Program-made: the position numbers and the translations under genes | Part shown: piece by piece, positions 50,287 through 64,000 of the stretch | Numbering within the stretch: position 1 is the first letter of the stretch | Layout of the letters: each line of letters starts with the position of its first letter | From: an uncultured Actinomycetota bacterium | GTDB taxonomy: Bacteria; Actinomycetota; Actinomycetes; Propionibacteriales; Propionibacteriaceae | Assembly (NCBI GenBank): GCA_963711185.1 | Contig: CAVQDD010000018.1 | Span: forward strand, 34,893-98,892 | Direction: 5' to 3' | Length of the DNA stretch: 64,000 bases | Notes under the pieces: generated by a model | The model's input: only the letters and a program-made list of their open reading frames with translations | The model's database searches: none | What the model was told of the DNA's origin: nothing

Positions 50287-52307
50287 CTAGCCGGCGGTCG
50301 GTGACTGCTCGCCGATCACCTCGCCGGTGGTCATGTTGATCGCGGTCCGCTGCGGAGCGGCGTCCAGAGCTTCCTTGATCGCCGCCGCCAGCTTCGGGCC
50401 GAAGCCCGGGACCGCCGCGATCTCCTCGACCGAAGCCGCCCGCACCTTGCGCAACGAGCCGAAGTAGGTGATCAACGCCTTGCGGCGGACCTCCCCCAGC
50501 CCGGGCACCTGGTCAAGCATCGACTCGACCATCGTCTTGCTCCGGCGCGACCGGTGATGGTTGATCGCGAACCGGTGGGCCTCGTCGCGCAGGCGCTGCA
50601 ACAGGTAGAGGCCTTCGCTGGTCCGGGGCAGGATCACCGGCTCCTCGACGTCGGGCAGCCACACCTCCTCCAGTCGCTTGGCCAGCCCGCAGAGCGCGAC
50701 ATCGGAGATCCCGAGCTCGTCCAGCGCGCGCGCCGCCGCTGCGACCTGGGGCGGGCCGCCGTCGACGACGACCAGCGCGGGCGCGTACGCGAACTTGCGC
50801 GGTGCACCGGTGACCGGATCGACCAGCAGCGGGCCCTCTTCGCCGGGGCCGGCGTCCTCGAGTTGCTGACTCATGCTCGCCCGGTCGTCGATCAGCCGAC
50901 GGAACCGGCGGGTGATCACCTCGTGCATGGCGGCGACGTCGTTCTGGCCGTCGACGTGCCGGATGACGAACCGCCGGTACTCGCTCTTGCGGGGCAGCCC
51001 GTCCTCGAAGACGACCATCGAGGCGACGACCTCGGTGCCCTGCAGGTTGGAGATGTCGTAGCACTCGATCCGGAGCGGGACCACGTCCAGTTCGAGTGCC
51101 TCCTGGATCTCCTCCAGAGCCCGATTGCGGGTGGACAGATCGCCGGCCCGCATCGTCTTGTGCTTGATCAGGGTCTCGGTGGCGTTGCGGCCGACCGTCT
51201 CCATCAGCGCCTTCTTGTCACCGCGCTGCGGCACCCGGATCGCCACACTCGACCCGCGCCGCTCGCTGAGCAGACCGGTCAGCGAGTCGAGCGAGCCGGG
51301 AGGACCGGGACCAGGATCTCCTTGGGCACGGCGTCCCGGTCGACGATGTCCGGGTCGTACTCGGAGTAGAGCTGGAGCAGGAACTGCTCGACCAGCTCCG
51401 TCCGAGCCGCTCTCGTCGTAGCGGTCGGCGACCCAGCCGCGCTGGCCGCGGACCCGTCCGCCGCGAACGTGGAAGATCTGCACGGCGACCTCGAGCGGGT
51501 CCTCGGCCAGCGCGATCACGTCGGCGTCGGTCGCGTCCTGGAAGACGATGGCGTTCTGCTCCATCGCCCGCTGCAGTGCGCCGACGTCATCGCGGATCTG
51601 GGCGGCCCGCTCGTACTCCTGGGCGTCGCTGGCCGCGCGCATGTCCCGCTGCATCTTCTTGATCATCGGACCGGCCTGGCCGGCGACGAACTGGCAGAAG
51701 TCGTCGACGATGTCGCGGTGCTCCTCGGCGCTGATCCGGCCGATGCACGGCGCCGAGCACTTCCCGATGTAGCCGAGCAGGCAGGGCCGGCCGAGCTGTT
51801 GGTGGTTCTTGAACACCCCGGGGCGGCAGGACCGCATCGGGAACACCCGGAGCAGCACGTCGACGGTCTCGCGGATCGCCCAGGCGTGGGAGTACGGGCC
51901 CGAAGTAGCGGTTGCCCTTGCGCTTCGGCCCGCGGCCGACCATCACCCGGGGGAATTCCTCGGACAGCGGTGACCGCGAGCCACGGATAGGACTTGTCGT
52001 CGCGGTACTTGATGTTGAAGCGCGGATCGAACTCCTTGATCCAGCTGTATTCGAGCTGGAGCGCTTCGACCTCGGTCTGCACCACCGTCCAGTCGACCTT
52101 GGTCGCGGTGGTGACCATCGTCCGGGTGCGGCTGAGCAACGAGGCGGGATCGGCGAAGTAGGAGTTGAGCCGCGAGCGCAGGCTCTTGGCCTTGCCGACG
52201 TAGATCACCCGACCCTGGACGTCGGAGAACCGGTAGACGCCGGGCTCGTCGGGGATCGAGCCCGGCGCCGGCCGGTAGTCGGGTCCGGTACGGGTCAGGG
52301 GTGCCAC
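50287..52307 (-). CDS. uvrC: Excinuclease ABC subunit C
   Basis: GIY-YIG (PGVYRF...IYVGKAK); ECYDIS; DGG; RDEAHRFA; HhH; GTG start chosen from the promoter. Confidence 0.95.
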
Positions 52308-52314
52308 GTCCCAC

Positions 52315-52337
52315 AGCGTAGGCACTGGGTCTGACAA
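52315..52337 (-). promoter_or_regulatory. RecA-NDp (PafBC-type) promoter of uvrC
   Basis: TTGTCAGAC-ccagtgcc-TACGCT-7nt-GTG. Confidence 0.75.
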
Positions 52338-52374
52338 CTCCGGCCGAGCGTGCCAGACCCGGAGCGCGGCCGAC

Positions 52375-52953
52375 TCAGCCGGTGACGTAGACCTTCTTCT
52401 CGAACTGCTTCACGTTGGATTCCTTGAGCGGCTCGGTGGCCGGGCCCTTCACCACCGAGCCGTCGCTCACCGAGAACTGGCTGCCGTGGCAGTCGCAGTG
52501 GATCGTCGTCGGCCACACCGGTCACCTGGCACCGCTGGTGGGTGCAGATGTTGGTGAACGCCTTGAACGTCGCCCTCGCTCGGCTGGGTGACCACGTAGC
52601 CGTCGTTGTCCAGGATCACCCCGCCGTCGACCGGGACATCGGCGGTGTCGACGCTCGGACCGTCGGGCGCCTCAGCGGTCTCGGTGGGCTCGGAACTGGC
52701 GCTCGATTCGTCGGCCGACGGTTCCGGGGCCGAACTGCTGGGCGGCGCCGGAGCGACGCGTCGGCGCTGGGAGCGGTGCTGCTCGGGGTCGTCGCCGCCT
52801 GCCGGTCGGCGGCGCAGCGCGACGAGCAGCGTGCGCACTACCTCCGACCAGGGCGGTCAGCCCGGCGGCGCGGAGGACCGTGCGCCGGGGTGGGTGGGAT
52901 TGGGAGAGGTCGTCATCGACCTGCTCGGAGCGGTCGTCGAGATTGGGGGCCAT
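52375..52953 (-). CDS. Rieske [2Fe-2S] protein, probable Tat lipoprotein
   Basis: RRTVLR twin-Arg motif; Ser/Pro linker; ICTHQ...[10 protein letters not shown]. Confidence 0.82.
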
Positions 52954-53061
52954 GGAAGTCCCTTCCGGTCGGCGGCAAGAGCAGCCAGCAAACCGGACGC
53001 ACCTGTGCGAACCCTGTCGACCGACTGTGTTCTGACAGGACGGACTACCCGCCCCTTCGGT

Positions 53062-56121
<3,060 letters not shown>

Positions 56122-56128
56122 GGCGAAC

Positions 56129-56151
56129 ATGTTATGTGCGGTCACTGACAA
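56129..56151 (-). promoter_or_regulatory. RecA-NDp (PafBC-type) promoter of uvrA
   Basis: TTGTCAGTG-accgcaca-TAACAT-7nt-GTG. Confidence 0.8.
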
Positions 56152-56187
56152 TCCTTCTCTCGTGACTGTCGGAACGGATGCCACCGA

Positions 56188-57649
56188 TCACGCCGCCCGG
56201 CCGACCGGGAGCGGATCGTCCAGACAGCGATACCGGCTGGCGTCCGGCATCGTCCAGTCCACGCCGTCGTCGTCGCGCACCGTGGCCAGCCAGGCGAAGG
56301 TCTTCCCTCGATGGTGTCGTCGGCAATCCGGGTCGTTGTTGCGGCCCGAGGTCGCGCCGACCGGGTAGGGCACGTGGTGGTCGATGTCACACCGATCCGC
56401 CGGCACCGAGCAGGTCGGGAACCGGCACGTCCCGGCGCGCAGCCGGACCGCCTCCGCCAGCCGGGCGGACGGAAACCGACCGAGCTCGGTGGTGTCGAGC
56501 AGCCGTCCACCGTCGTCGGTCAGCAGCCGGGTGAACAGCACCTGGTCTCCGGCCGCGTCGGCTGAGGCGATCAGCTCGCGGAGGATCTCGGCCGGGCACG
56601 ATGCGCGGAGCGGTCGGCCAATTCACCGGGCACGTTGCTGGCGCCGAGCAGACTGCTCAGCGGCACGACCACGCCGATCCGGATCGTGCGTCGGCCGGCG
56701 CAGACCGGGCACGAGCCGGAACGCCGCAGCCTCCTCGGGTCGGACCGACCGGCTCGCCCTGCGCGTCGACCCGGATCCGCCGCGTGCCGAGCAGTTCCCC
56801 GGTGTCCGGATCGATGTCCTCGACCTCGAGCCACTCGACCGGCCTCCCCTCCGGATCGGCGTCGGCCGGCCAGCCTCGGCTGATCGGACTTCTGCCGACA
56901 CCGTCGACGTCAGCTCCTCAGTCGCGCCGGCTCACTCGTCATCGATCCGCAGCCGACCCAGCAGCAGGTCGGCGAACAGATCGGCCCGCCGCTGCTGCTC
57001 GGTCCGGGGATCGTCAGCGCCCAGCTGGCGAGCGCCGGCGGCGAGCAAGGCGTCGATCTCGGCGGCATCCTGAGCCGACACCTCGCCGGTGACGTAGCCC
57101 ATCCCGTCGGCGCTCTGGTGGACGGTCACCCGCCGCTCGGCCAGCGCCTTGCGGTGCCGGATGGCGAAGGCGTCCGGCTCCAACTCGACGACCAGTCTCA
57201 GCAGCCAGGTCTGCAGCTGCCGGGGCGATCGGGTCTGGGCCGCCTCCACGACCTGCTCGTCGATGGCCGCCAGAGTCTCCGTCGCGGGCCACCCGTCGTG
57301 CGACCCGATCGATCACCCGGACCTGGGCCTCGTCCAGGTCGCCGCACCGGAACGCCTCGTGGACGGTCGGCAGCCCGGACGCCAGCCGACGGGTGCGGGC
57401 CAGCAGACGCTGAACCGCGTAGGGCTGCTCACGCAGCATCAGCGACAACTCATCGGCCACGAACTCGCCCGGCGACGGTCGACCCGGTTGGCGACCGGCC
57501 CGACCCCGCGGTCTCAACTGCATCAATTCCGCTCGACGAGCGTCCGCGAACGCCACGGCGACCTCGGCCAATTGGGCCATCGCCATCGCCGCCGCTCGGC
57601 GAGCCTGCTCCACCTCCGCCGCGCTGGGCGACGCCCCGATCTGCTCCAT
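56188..57649 (-). CDS. DUF222 + HNH endonuclease protein (13E12-repeat-like; frameshifted)
   Basis: EFVADEL; RRV...ADGM; DPRTEQQRRADL; TCRFPTC..CDIDHH.PYP.GAT..N...CRRHH.GKT. Confidence 0.8.
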
Positions 57650-57655
57650 GCCTGG

Positions 57656-57696
57656 AGCCTCGCACACCCCACTGACATTTTCGAATGCCTGGTCGA
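57656..57696 (-). promoter_or_regulatory. RecA-NDp-like promoter plus degenerate LexA box for the HNH gene
   Basis: TGTCAGTG-gggtgtgc-GAGGCT-6nt-ATG; tcgaccaggcattcga has 2 mismatches to TCGAAC-N4-GTTCGA. Confidence 0.6.
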
Positions 57697-57725
57697 AACC
57701 GGCCGCTCGCCCGCCTCTGGTCGAC

Positions 57726-57747
57726 TGTCAGCGCCCGGGTCTAGGTT
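57726..57747 (+). promoter_or_regulatory. RecA-NDp-like promoter of the MDMPI operon
   Basis: TGTCAGCG-cccgggtc-TAGGTT-6nt-ATG(57754). Confidence 0.65.
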
Positions 57748-57753
57748 GTCCTC

Positions 57754-58471
57754 ATGCAACCCGCCGACGAGCAACTCGACCGACTCCGCGGCCTGGTCAT
57801 CACCGCGACCCAGCGGCTCCTCGGCGACACGATCTCCGTCGACGACGACAGCTGGCGGGGGCCGAGCCGGCTGCCCGAGTGGAGCCGCGGTCACGTGGCC
57901 ACCCACATCGCTCGGCACGCCGACGCATCTGATCCGGCTCTCGGCCTGGGCGCGGACCGGCGTCCGGCAGGAGATGTACGAGTCGCCGGAGCACCGCACC
58001 GCCGAGATCGAGGACGGGGCCGGGCGGCCCGGGCCTCGACCTGCAGATCGACCTCGACACCTCGGCCGGCCGGCTGGCCGAAGCCTGGGAGACCCTCGAC
58101 CGCGAAGGCGGCTGGGACTCGGTGGTCGAGATGCGCGGCGGATCGAAGTGCCGGGCCGACTGCTGCCGCTGGCCCGACTGCTCGAACTGGCCATCCACCA
58201 CGTCGACCTCGACATCGGCTACGAGATCGACCACATCGATGAGCAGACGGCCGACTGGCTGCTCGAGTGGTACGCGTTCCGGCTGCGCAACCAGGTCGAC
58301 TACCCGAAGCTGCAGCTGACCTCCGATGCCGGCTTCACGATCACGATCGGCAACGCCGGTGACGCCATCCCGATCAGCGGCACCAGCGACAACCTGCTCG
58401 GCTTCCTGCTCAACCGCGTCGACTCCTCGGCCGTCCGCGGCGCCGAAGGACTCCAACTCCCCTCGTTCTGA
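57754..58471 (+). CDS. Maleylpyruvate isomerase-family mycothiol-dependent enzyme (MDMPI)
   Basis: PSRLPEWSRGHVATHIARHAD; RLLELAIHHVDLDIGY. Confidence 0.85.
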
Positions 58472-58485
58472 CCGAAGGACAGACC

Positions 58486-59097
<612 letters not shown>

Positions 59098-59116
59098 TCC
59101 GAAGGAGACGACGCTG

Positions 59117-59781
59117 ATGGCTGGACTCGGACACGTCGAACCCGGCGGAGACCCCGCTGGTCACCAAGCTCGGCGGCGTGACGCTGATCAAGATCAGCGT
59201 CGGGCCGATGGACAACAACGCCTACCTGCTCACGCCCGGCGCCAGGGCGGTTCGGTGCTGATCGATGCCGCCAATGACCAGGACCGGCTGCTCAAGCTCA
59301 TCGGCGACCAGGCCGTCGCCGTGATCGCCACCACCCATCGCCATCACGATCACATCGGCGCGCTCGCCGGGGTCGCGCAAGGCGACCGGCGCCCGCCTGG
59401 TCGCCGGCGCCCCGGACGTCGACGCCATCGCCGAAGCGACCGGTGCGAAGCCCGACGGCGTCTGGTCCGGCGATTCCGTCCCGCTCGGCGACGAGTCGCT
59501 CGAGGTGATCGGACTGGTCGGCCACACGCCGGGCTCGATCACCCTGGCGTACGCGGCCGGCGACGGCGTCACCCATCTGTTCACCGGCGACAGCCTCTTC
59601 CCCGGCGGCCCGGGTCGAACGACGACCCCCGAGGCCTTCGCCAGCCTGATGGACGATCTGGAGACCAAGATCTTCGAGCCGGTTCGACGATGCGACGGTC
59701 GTCCATCCCGGCCATGGTGACGACACCACCCTGGGCGCCGAGCGATCGCAGGTCGCCGGCTGGCGCGCCCGCGGCTGGTAG
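59117..59781 (+). CDS. MBL-fold metallohydrolase
   Basis: VGPMDNNAYLL; THRHHDHIGAL; GHTPGS; FTGDSLF; HPGHG. Confidence 0.9.
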
Positions 59782-59818
59782 CTCAGGAGAGTCAGACGGG
59801 TCGAGTTCAGGCGACGAG

Positions 59819-61526
59819 TCAGCCGCCGAACGCCATCCCGGTCCGGGCGACGAGTCGGTCGAGCGCCTCGGTCCACGCGGCTGTCTGCGGATGATCATGG
59901 CGCCGGCCGAGTTCGCCGAGACCGGCCAGGATGTAGCCGTCGAGCCAGACGTACGGATCGGCCAGCCGGTTGCAACGCTGCCGGGCGTCGATCATGATCG
60001 CGAAGGCCCGGTCGGTGTCACCGCGCTCGCTCGGCCAGCAGGGCCAGGCCGCGGGCCGACATCCCTTCCCAGCACGGATCTCCGAGCTGACAGGCTCGGG
60101 CGAACGCCTGGTCCAGCAACTCGGCCGCCCGGTCGACGTGGCCGTCAAGCAGCTGGACCTGGCCGCGAATGGCCTGCGGCCAGGGCAGGAAGGCCAGCCA
60201 GTGATCGTCGCGGGCCAGCCGGATGGCCGCGCCGAAGATGATCGTCGGCCGACTCGACATCGCCCTGCAGCATGGCCGATCGGCCGAGCATCGTCGCCGC
60301 GTACGCCTGCCGGCGGGGATCTCCGACGGCGCGTGACCGTTCGAGGGCCTCGCCCAGCACCTCGCGACGCCCGGTCGAACCGACCCCGGTCGCTCTCCAC
60401 CGACCCGAGGTAGGTCAGCACCTTGGCCGTGACCGCCGGTTCGCCCGGCCGCCCGGGTCAGCGCGTCGGTGAACCAATACTCGGCCCGGTCGTAGCGGCC
60501 GCGCAGGAAATCGACGTAGCCGACTTCGGCGCGGACCTCGGCCGCCGTCGTCGCAGGTCGTGAGCCTCGGCGATCTCGTCGGCCTCGTACAGGCTGGCCA
60601 AGCCGCCCTCGTCCATCCCCCGCAGGGCGTGGATCAAGGTCTCGGCCAGGGCGAGCCGGGCCTGGACCTGCAGTCGCGGACCACTCGATCGATCGGCCAG
60701 CCGGATGGCCGCGGTCAGCGAGCGCAGTCCGGCATCCAGAGCACCGGCCGCCACGGCGGCCGATCCGGCTTCGACCACGGCGGCGATCGTCGTGTCGTCG
60801 GCGATCTCCTCGCTGCGATAGACCGGTTCGCTGAGTCGCGCCGGCCACGGCGGCGCCGGGGGTGACGCCGAGTTCGCGTTCGAGGATGTCCGGTGCAGGT
60901 GGCGAGCTGTCGGGCCGCCGCATCCTCGTCGCCGGCCTGCCGATACAGCGTGATCAGCAGGGCATGGTGGTTCTCGTCCAGCGGGTTCATCGACGAGGCC
61001 CGGGCCGCGTATCCGATCGCCGCGTCGAGATCGCCACGCGACACGGGACCCGAGCGCCGCCTCGTGCAGGATCGCTTCGGAGGCCGCGGCCAGTCGCCGC
61101 CGGGCGGCCAGCAGCCAGGTCTCGTAGGCCGCCGAACCGCGCGGACCGTGAGCCGCCGAGGAGTTCCTCGCCGAGGCCCGGCAGTCGCGATCGCCTCCGA
61201 CCACGAGCCCCGGACGAGGATCTCGGTGTCGACCTCTGTCCCCGGCGGGAGCTCGAGGACGACCGGGTCGCCGTCGACCGAACCCTCGTCCCCGAGCGCC
61301 CGCCTGATCTCGGCCAGCGACCAGCGCAGAGCCCGGGCCGGATCATCCGCGTCGCGCGAACAGCAGGGCGGCCAGGTGACCGACTCGGCGGCGTCTCGGC
61401 TGCCGATCAGGTACGCGAGGATGGCCCAGCTCTTCCGACTGCGGAACTGGTAGACCTCACCGTCGGTCCGACGACAGCCGGGGCCGGCCCAGCAGCTCGG
61501 ACCGTGAGCGGAACTCCGCGCATCAT
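59819..61526 (-). CDS. SARP/BTAD-type transcriptional regulator with TPR-like C-terminus (start approximate)
   Basis: RSRKSWAILAYL; ALRWSLAEIRRAL; NPLDENHHALLI; ELGVTP; helical repeats. Confidence 0.75.
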
Positions 61527-61557
61527 GCGCCCTGCATCCCGAATCTGACCACACGCC

Positions 61558-61811
61558 TCAGGCGTGTTCGCTGACCGGGTAGATCTCGTCAGCCACCAGG
61601 CCGTGAGCCTCGCGGTGGACGGTGTTGGCGGCCTCCGCGTCCGGTGCGTCGACCAGGCAGAAGATCTTGCCGGCCGCCTCGTCGACCCAGTAGCGCAGAT
61701 AGTTCACGCCGTACGGCGGCCTGGGTCGCCAGGTCGGCCTGGTGTGCGCCGGCGACATCAGCCGCGGCGACGCCGCCGTCGATGCGTGTGAACGTCCATG
61801 AACAACGACAT
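61558..61811 (-). CDS. DUF4242 / SCO4226-like metal-binding protein
   Basis: LFMDVH; AHQADL; YLRYWVDE..GKIFCLVDAP; VHREAHGLVADEI. Confidence 0.85.
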
Positions 61812-61919
61812 CGGTGTGCTCCTTCTCGTGTGCCCCACGCTCGTCGCGGGGTCGAGACCAAGCACATCGCGGCCCCGTTTGACAGGGCGTTTGACGAATC
61901 CGGACCGTGTGCTCAGGGC

Positions 61920-62498
61920 TCAGAAGGATTCGGCCACCTGCTCGAGCCGGGACCGGTAGGCCGCCCACTCGTCGGTCGAGAAGGACGGCAGATTCGGATT
62001 GCCGGCCCGGAGCCCGACGCGACCGTCGACCAGCTCGCGGATGATGTCGGCGTGCCCGGCATGCCGGGCCGTCTCGGCGATCATGTGGACCAGGATCTGC
62101 TGCAGGGTGACGTCCTGCTTTCCGGGGCGCCACCAGGGCACCCGGCCGGGGGCGTCGAGGTCGAGCGCCTCGATCGTCGCATCGACCTGCGCGGCCGCGG
62201 CCTGCTGGAACGCGACGATCTGCTCGCGCGACTCGTCCGCGGTCGCCCACATGTCGGCGTTGTCCTCGGCGTCATCGTCCAACCAGGGCGTCGGGATGCC
62301 CGAGGGTCGGTCGAACACGTCGGTGAAGTAGCCGAGTTCCATGCTGGCGGCGTGCTTCACCAGCCCGAGCAGATTGGTCCCGGTGTTAACCATCGGTGAC
62401 CGGACCTCCCGTTCGGACAGCCCGTCCAGCTTGCCGACCAACGCCTCCCGCTCGCTGCGCAGATAGCGATGCAGGATCTCTTTCTCAGACTCAGCCAT
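61920..62498 (-). CDS. DinB/DUF664 family protein
   Basis: TGTNLLGLVKH; HMIAETARHAGHADIIRELVDG; intact ORF. Confidence 0.88.
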   Translation of the reverse strand: MAESEKEILHRYLRSEREALVGKLDGLSEREVRSPMVNTGTNLLGLVKHAASMELGYFTDVFDRPSGIPTPWLDDDAEDNADMWATADESREQIVAFQQAAAAQVDATIEALDLDAPGRVPWWRPGKQDVTLQQILVHMIAETARHAGHADIIRELVDGRVGLRAGNPNLPSFSTDEWAAYRSRLEQVAESF

Positions 62499-62565
62499 GC
62501 CGCCACGCTAACCATGTCAACCGGAGCCCGCGCTCGAGACTGTGAATAGGTGAAGGAGGGACGGC

Positions 62566-63065
62566 GTGCGGGCCAGCGACGAGGCGGATTACGTGTGGCT
62601 GTTCCGCGCGCACTTCCGCGGCATCGCCCAGGCGGTGAATCTGATCGTCGTCGACCGCGCCCGGGCCGAGGAGATCACCCAGGAAGCCTTCGTCCAGTTG
62701 TGGCGGCGATGGTCGACCATCCGTACCTACGAGCGACCCGAGGCCTGGCTCCGCAAAGTCGCCGTGCGGCTCGCCCTCCGGACCGCCCAGCGCGACGACC
62801 GACGGACGCGGCTCGAGCCCCGGACGCCGACGGCCGCCGCACCGGCGTTTCCCGACCCCGATCTGGCCGAAGCCATCCGTGCTCTGGCGCCGCGGCAACG
62901 GGCGGCGGTGGTCCTCTTCTATCTGGAGGACCGGCCGGTGGCCGGAGATCGCCGAACTGCTCGGGGTGTCGGAGTCCACGGTCAAACAGCACCTGTTCCG
63001 CGCCCGGGCCCAGCTGGCCACGCGCTCTGGGCCAGGACGAAGAGGAGAACGACCATGTCGGTTGA
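62566..63065 (+). CDS. ECF RNA polymerase sigma factor
   Basis: AEEITQEAF; AWLRKVA; LAPRQRAAVVLFYLED; EIAELLGVSESTVKQHLFRAR. Confidence 0.88.
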
Positions 63066-64000
63066 TCAACACCTCCGCGAGGCGCTTGGCCCGCAACGCC
63101 GCCGCCTTCGAACCCGACGTCGAAGCGCAATCTCGACGCCGTGCTGCGCAGGGTCCGTCGGCGGCGCCGGACAGGCTGGACGGTGGCGGTCGCGGTCGCC
63201 GCCGCCCTGGTCGTCGGCGATCGTCGTCGCCCCACGGGTCGGTCGACCGCGGACTGGTCGCCGGACCGGCGAGCCGTCCGCTGCAATGGACCGCCCTGCC
63301 GGACGGCCCGCTGTCGGCTCGACACGATGCCTTCGGCGGCTGGCTCGACGAGCGTTATCGTGATCGTCGGCGGATCCAGCGACCCGATCTGCCCACCCAA
63401 CGCCTCGTGCGTGGCGGCGACGACCTGCTCAGCGACGGGGCGGCGTACGACCCGGTCGTCGCGGACGTGGACGACGATCGCCCCCTCCCCGATCCCGCTG
63501 TCGGGTACGAGCGTGGTCGTCGGTGACGAGCTCTACGTGCTGACCAGCGGGTACGACGGGCGGCCGAGCGCAGTTCCTCAGCTACGACGCAGCGGCGGAT
63601 CGCTGGCGGCAGCGGCCGGCCCCGGCCGACTGCCGCCGTCAGTCCTGGTCGCCGCCGGGGGCGTTCGTCGTGGCGGTGAGCTGGTCCGACGAGAACGAGC
63701 AGATCCCGGACGAGGTCTTCGACCCGACGTCCGACACCTGGACCAGGCTGCCCGAAGATCCGCTCGGTCCGAGTTTCGATCGGGCGGCGGTCTGGACCGA
63801 GCGAGGGCCTGCTGCTCGTCGGCAAGGAACTCGTCGCCAATCCGGGAGCGGAGAAGCCCGCCGTGGTCCGGCTGGCCCTGCTGGCCGGCTACGGCGCCCA
63901 GCGGCGCCGACCCGAGCGACCTGGCCCCGCCGGATCAACTTCGAGAGCTGGCGGCGGCTGCCGGACAGCGAGGTGATCGGCTGGCATCCGCTGGCGGTCG
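63055..64000 (+). CDS. Membrane-anchored Kelch-like propeller protein, putative anti-sigma (3' truncated)
   Basis: Overlaps the sigma stop; RRRR plus TM segment; WTALPDGPLSAR; DGAAYDP; WTRLPEDP. Confidence 0.65.

Noticed and set aside
56123-56136. LexA box at uvrA (cgaacatgttatg)
   Set aside because: Only a half site, and spacing does not fit CGAAC-N4-GTTCG
56167-56190. Extra RecA-NDp motif (tgtcgg) on the + strand
   Set aside because: No -10 at the right spacing and no downstream + strand gene

Overview
High-GC actinobacterial chromosomal DNA. A Propionibacteriales/Microlunatus-like origin is my guess from gene content and repeats. Nearly every gene, including essential ones, is broken by single-base indels. 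This looks like uncorrected long-read error rather than pseudogenisation, so gene coordinates were stitched across frames and some ends are approximate. The window is mostly the conserved actinobacterial core block: SURF1-SDR-ABC/ABC-F, sufRBD-fdx-CSUT, ctaA/ctaB, tkt-tal-zwf-opcA-pgl, rbpA-secG-tpiA-pgk-gap, whiA-yvcK-rapZ-uvrC and uvrA. Accessory genes include ligC, an FG-GAP protein, an alditol oxidase, a two-component cluster, gabT/gabD with a decarboxylase, a GH38 mannosidase, a DUF222-HNH gene, a SARP-like regulator with DUF4242, and an ECF sigma factor. No rRNA, tRNA, CRISPR array or transposase was seen. Most notable: (1) a Gbn-like GATC-binding nucleoid protein fused to a ~130-aa histone-H1-like tail, with a GATCWT cluster upstream; (2) four or five PafBC-type (RecA-NDp) leaderless promoters, which place an HNH gene and a mycothiol-enzyme/hydrolase operon in the DNA-damage regulon; (3) a long structured element upstream of the ABC-F gene; (4) REP-like and MIRU-like repeats, one in frame at the start of opcA.
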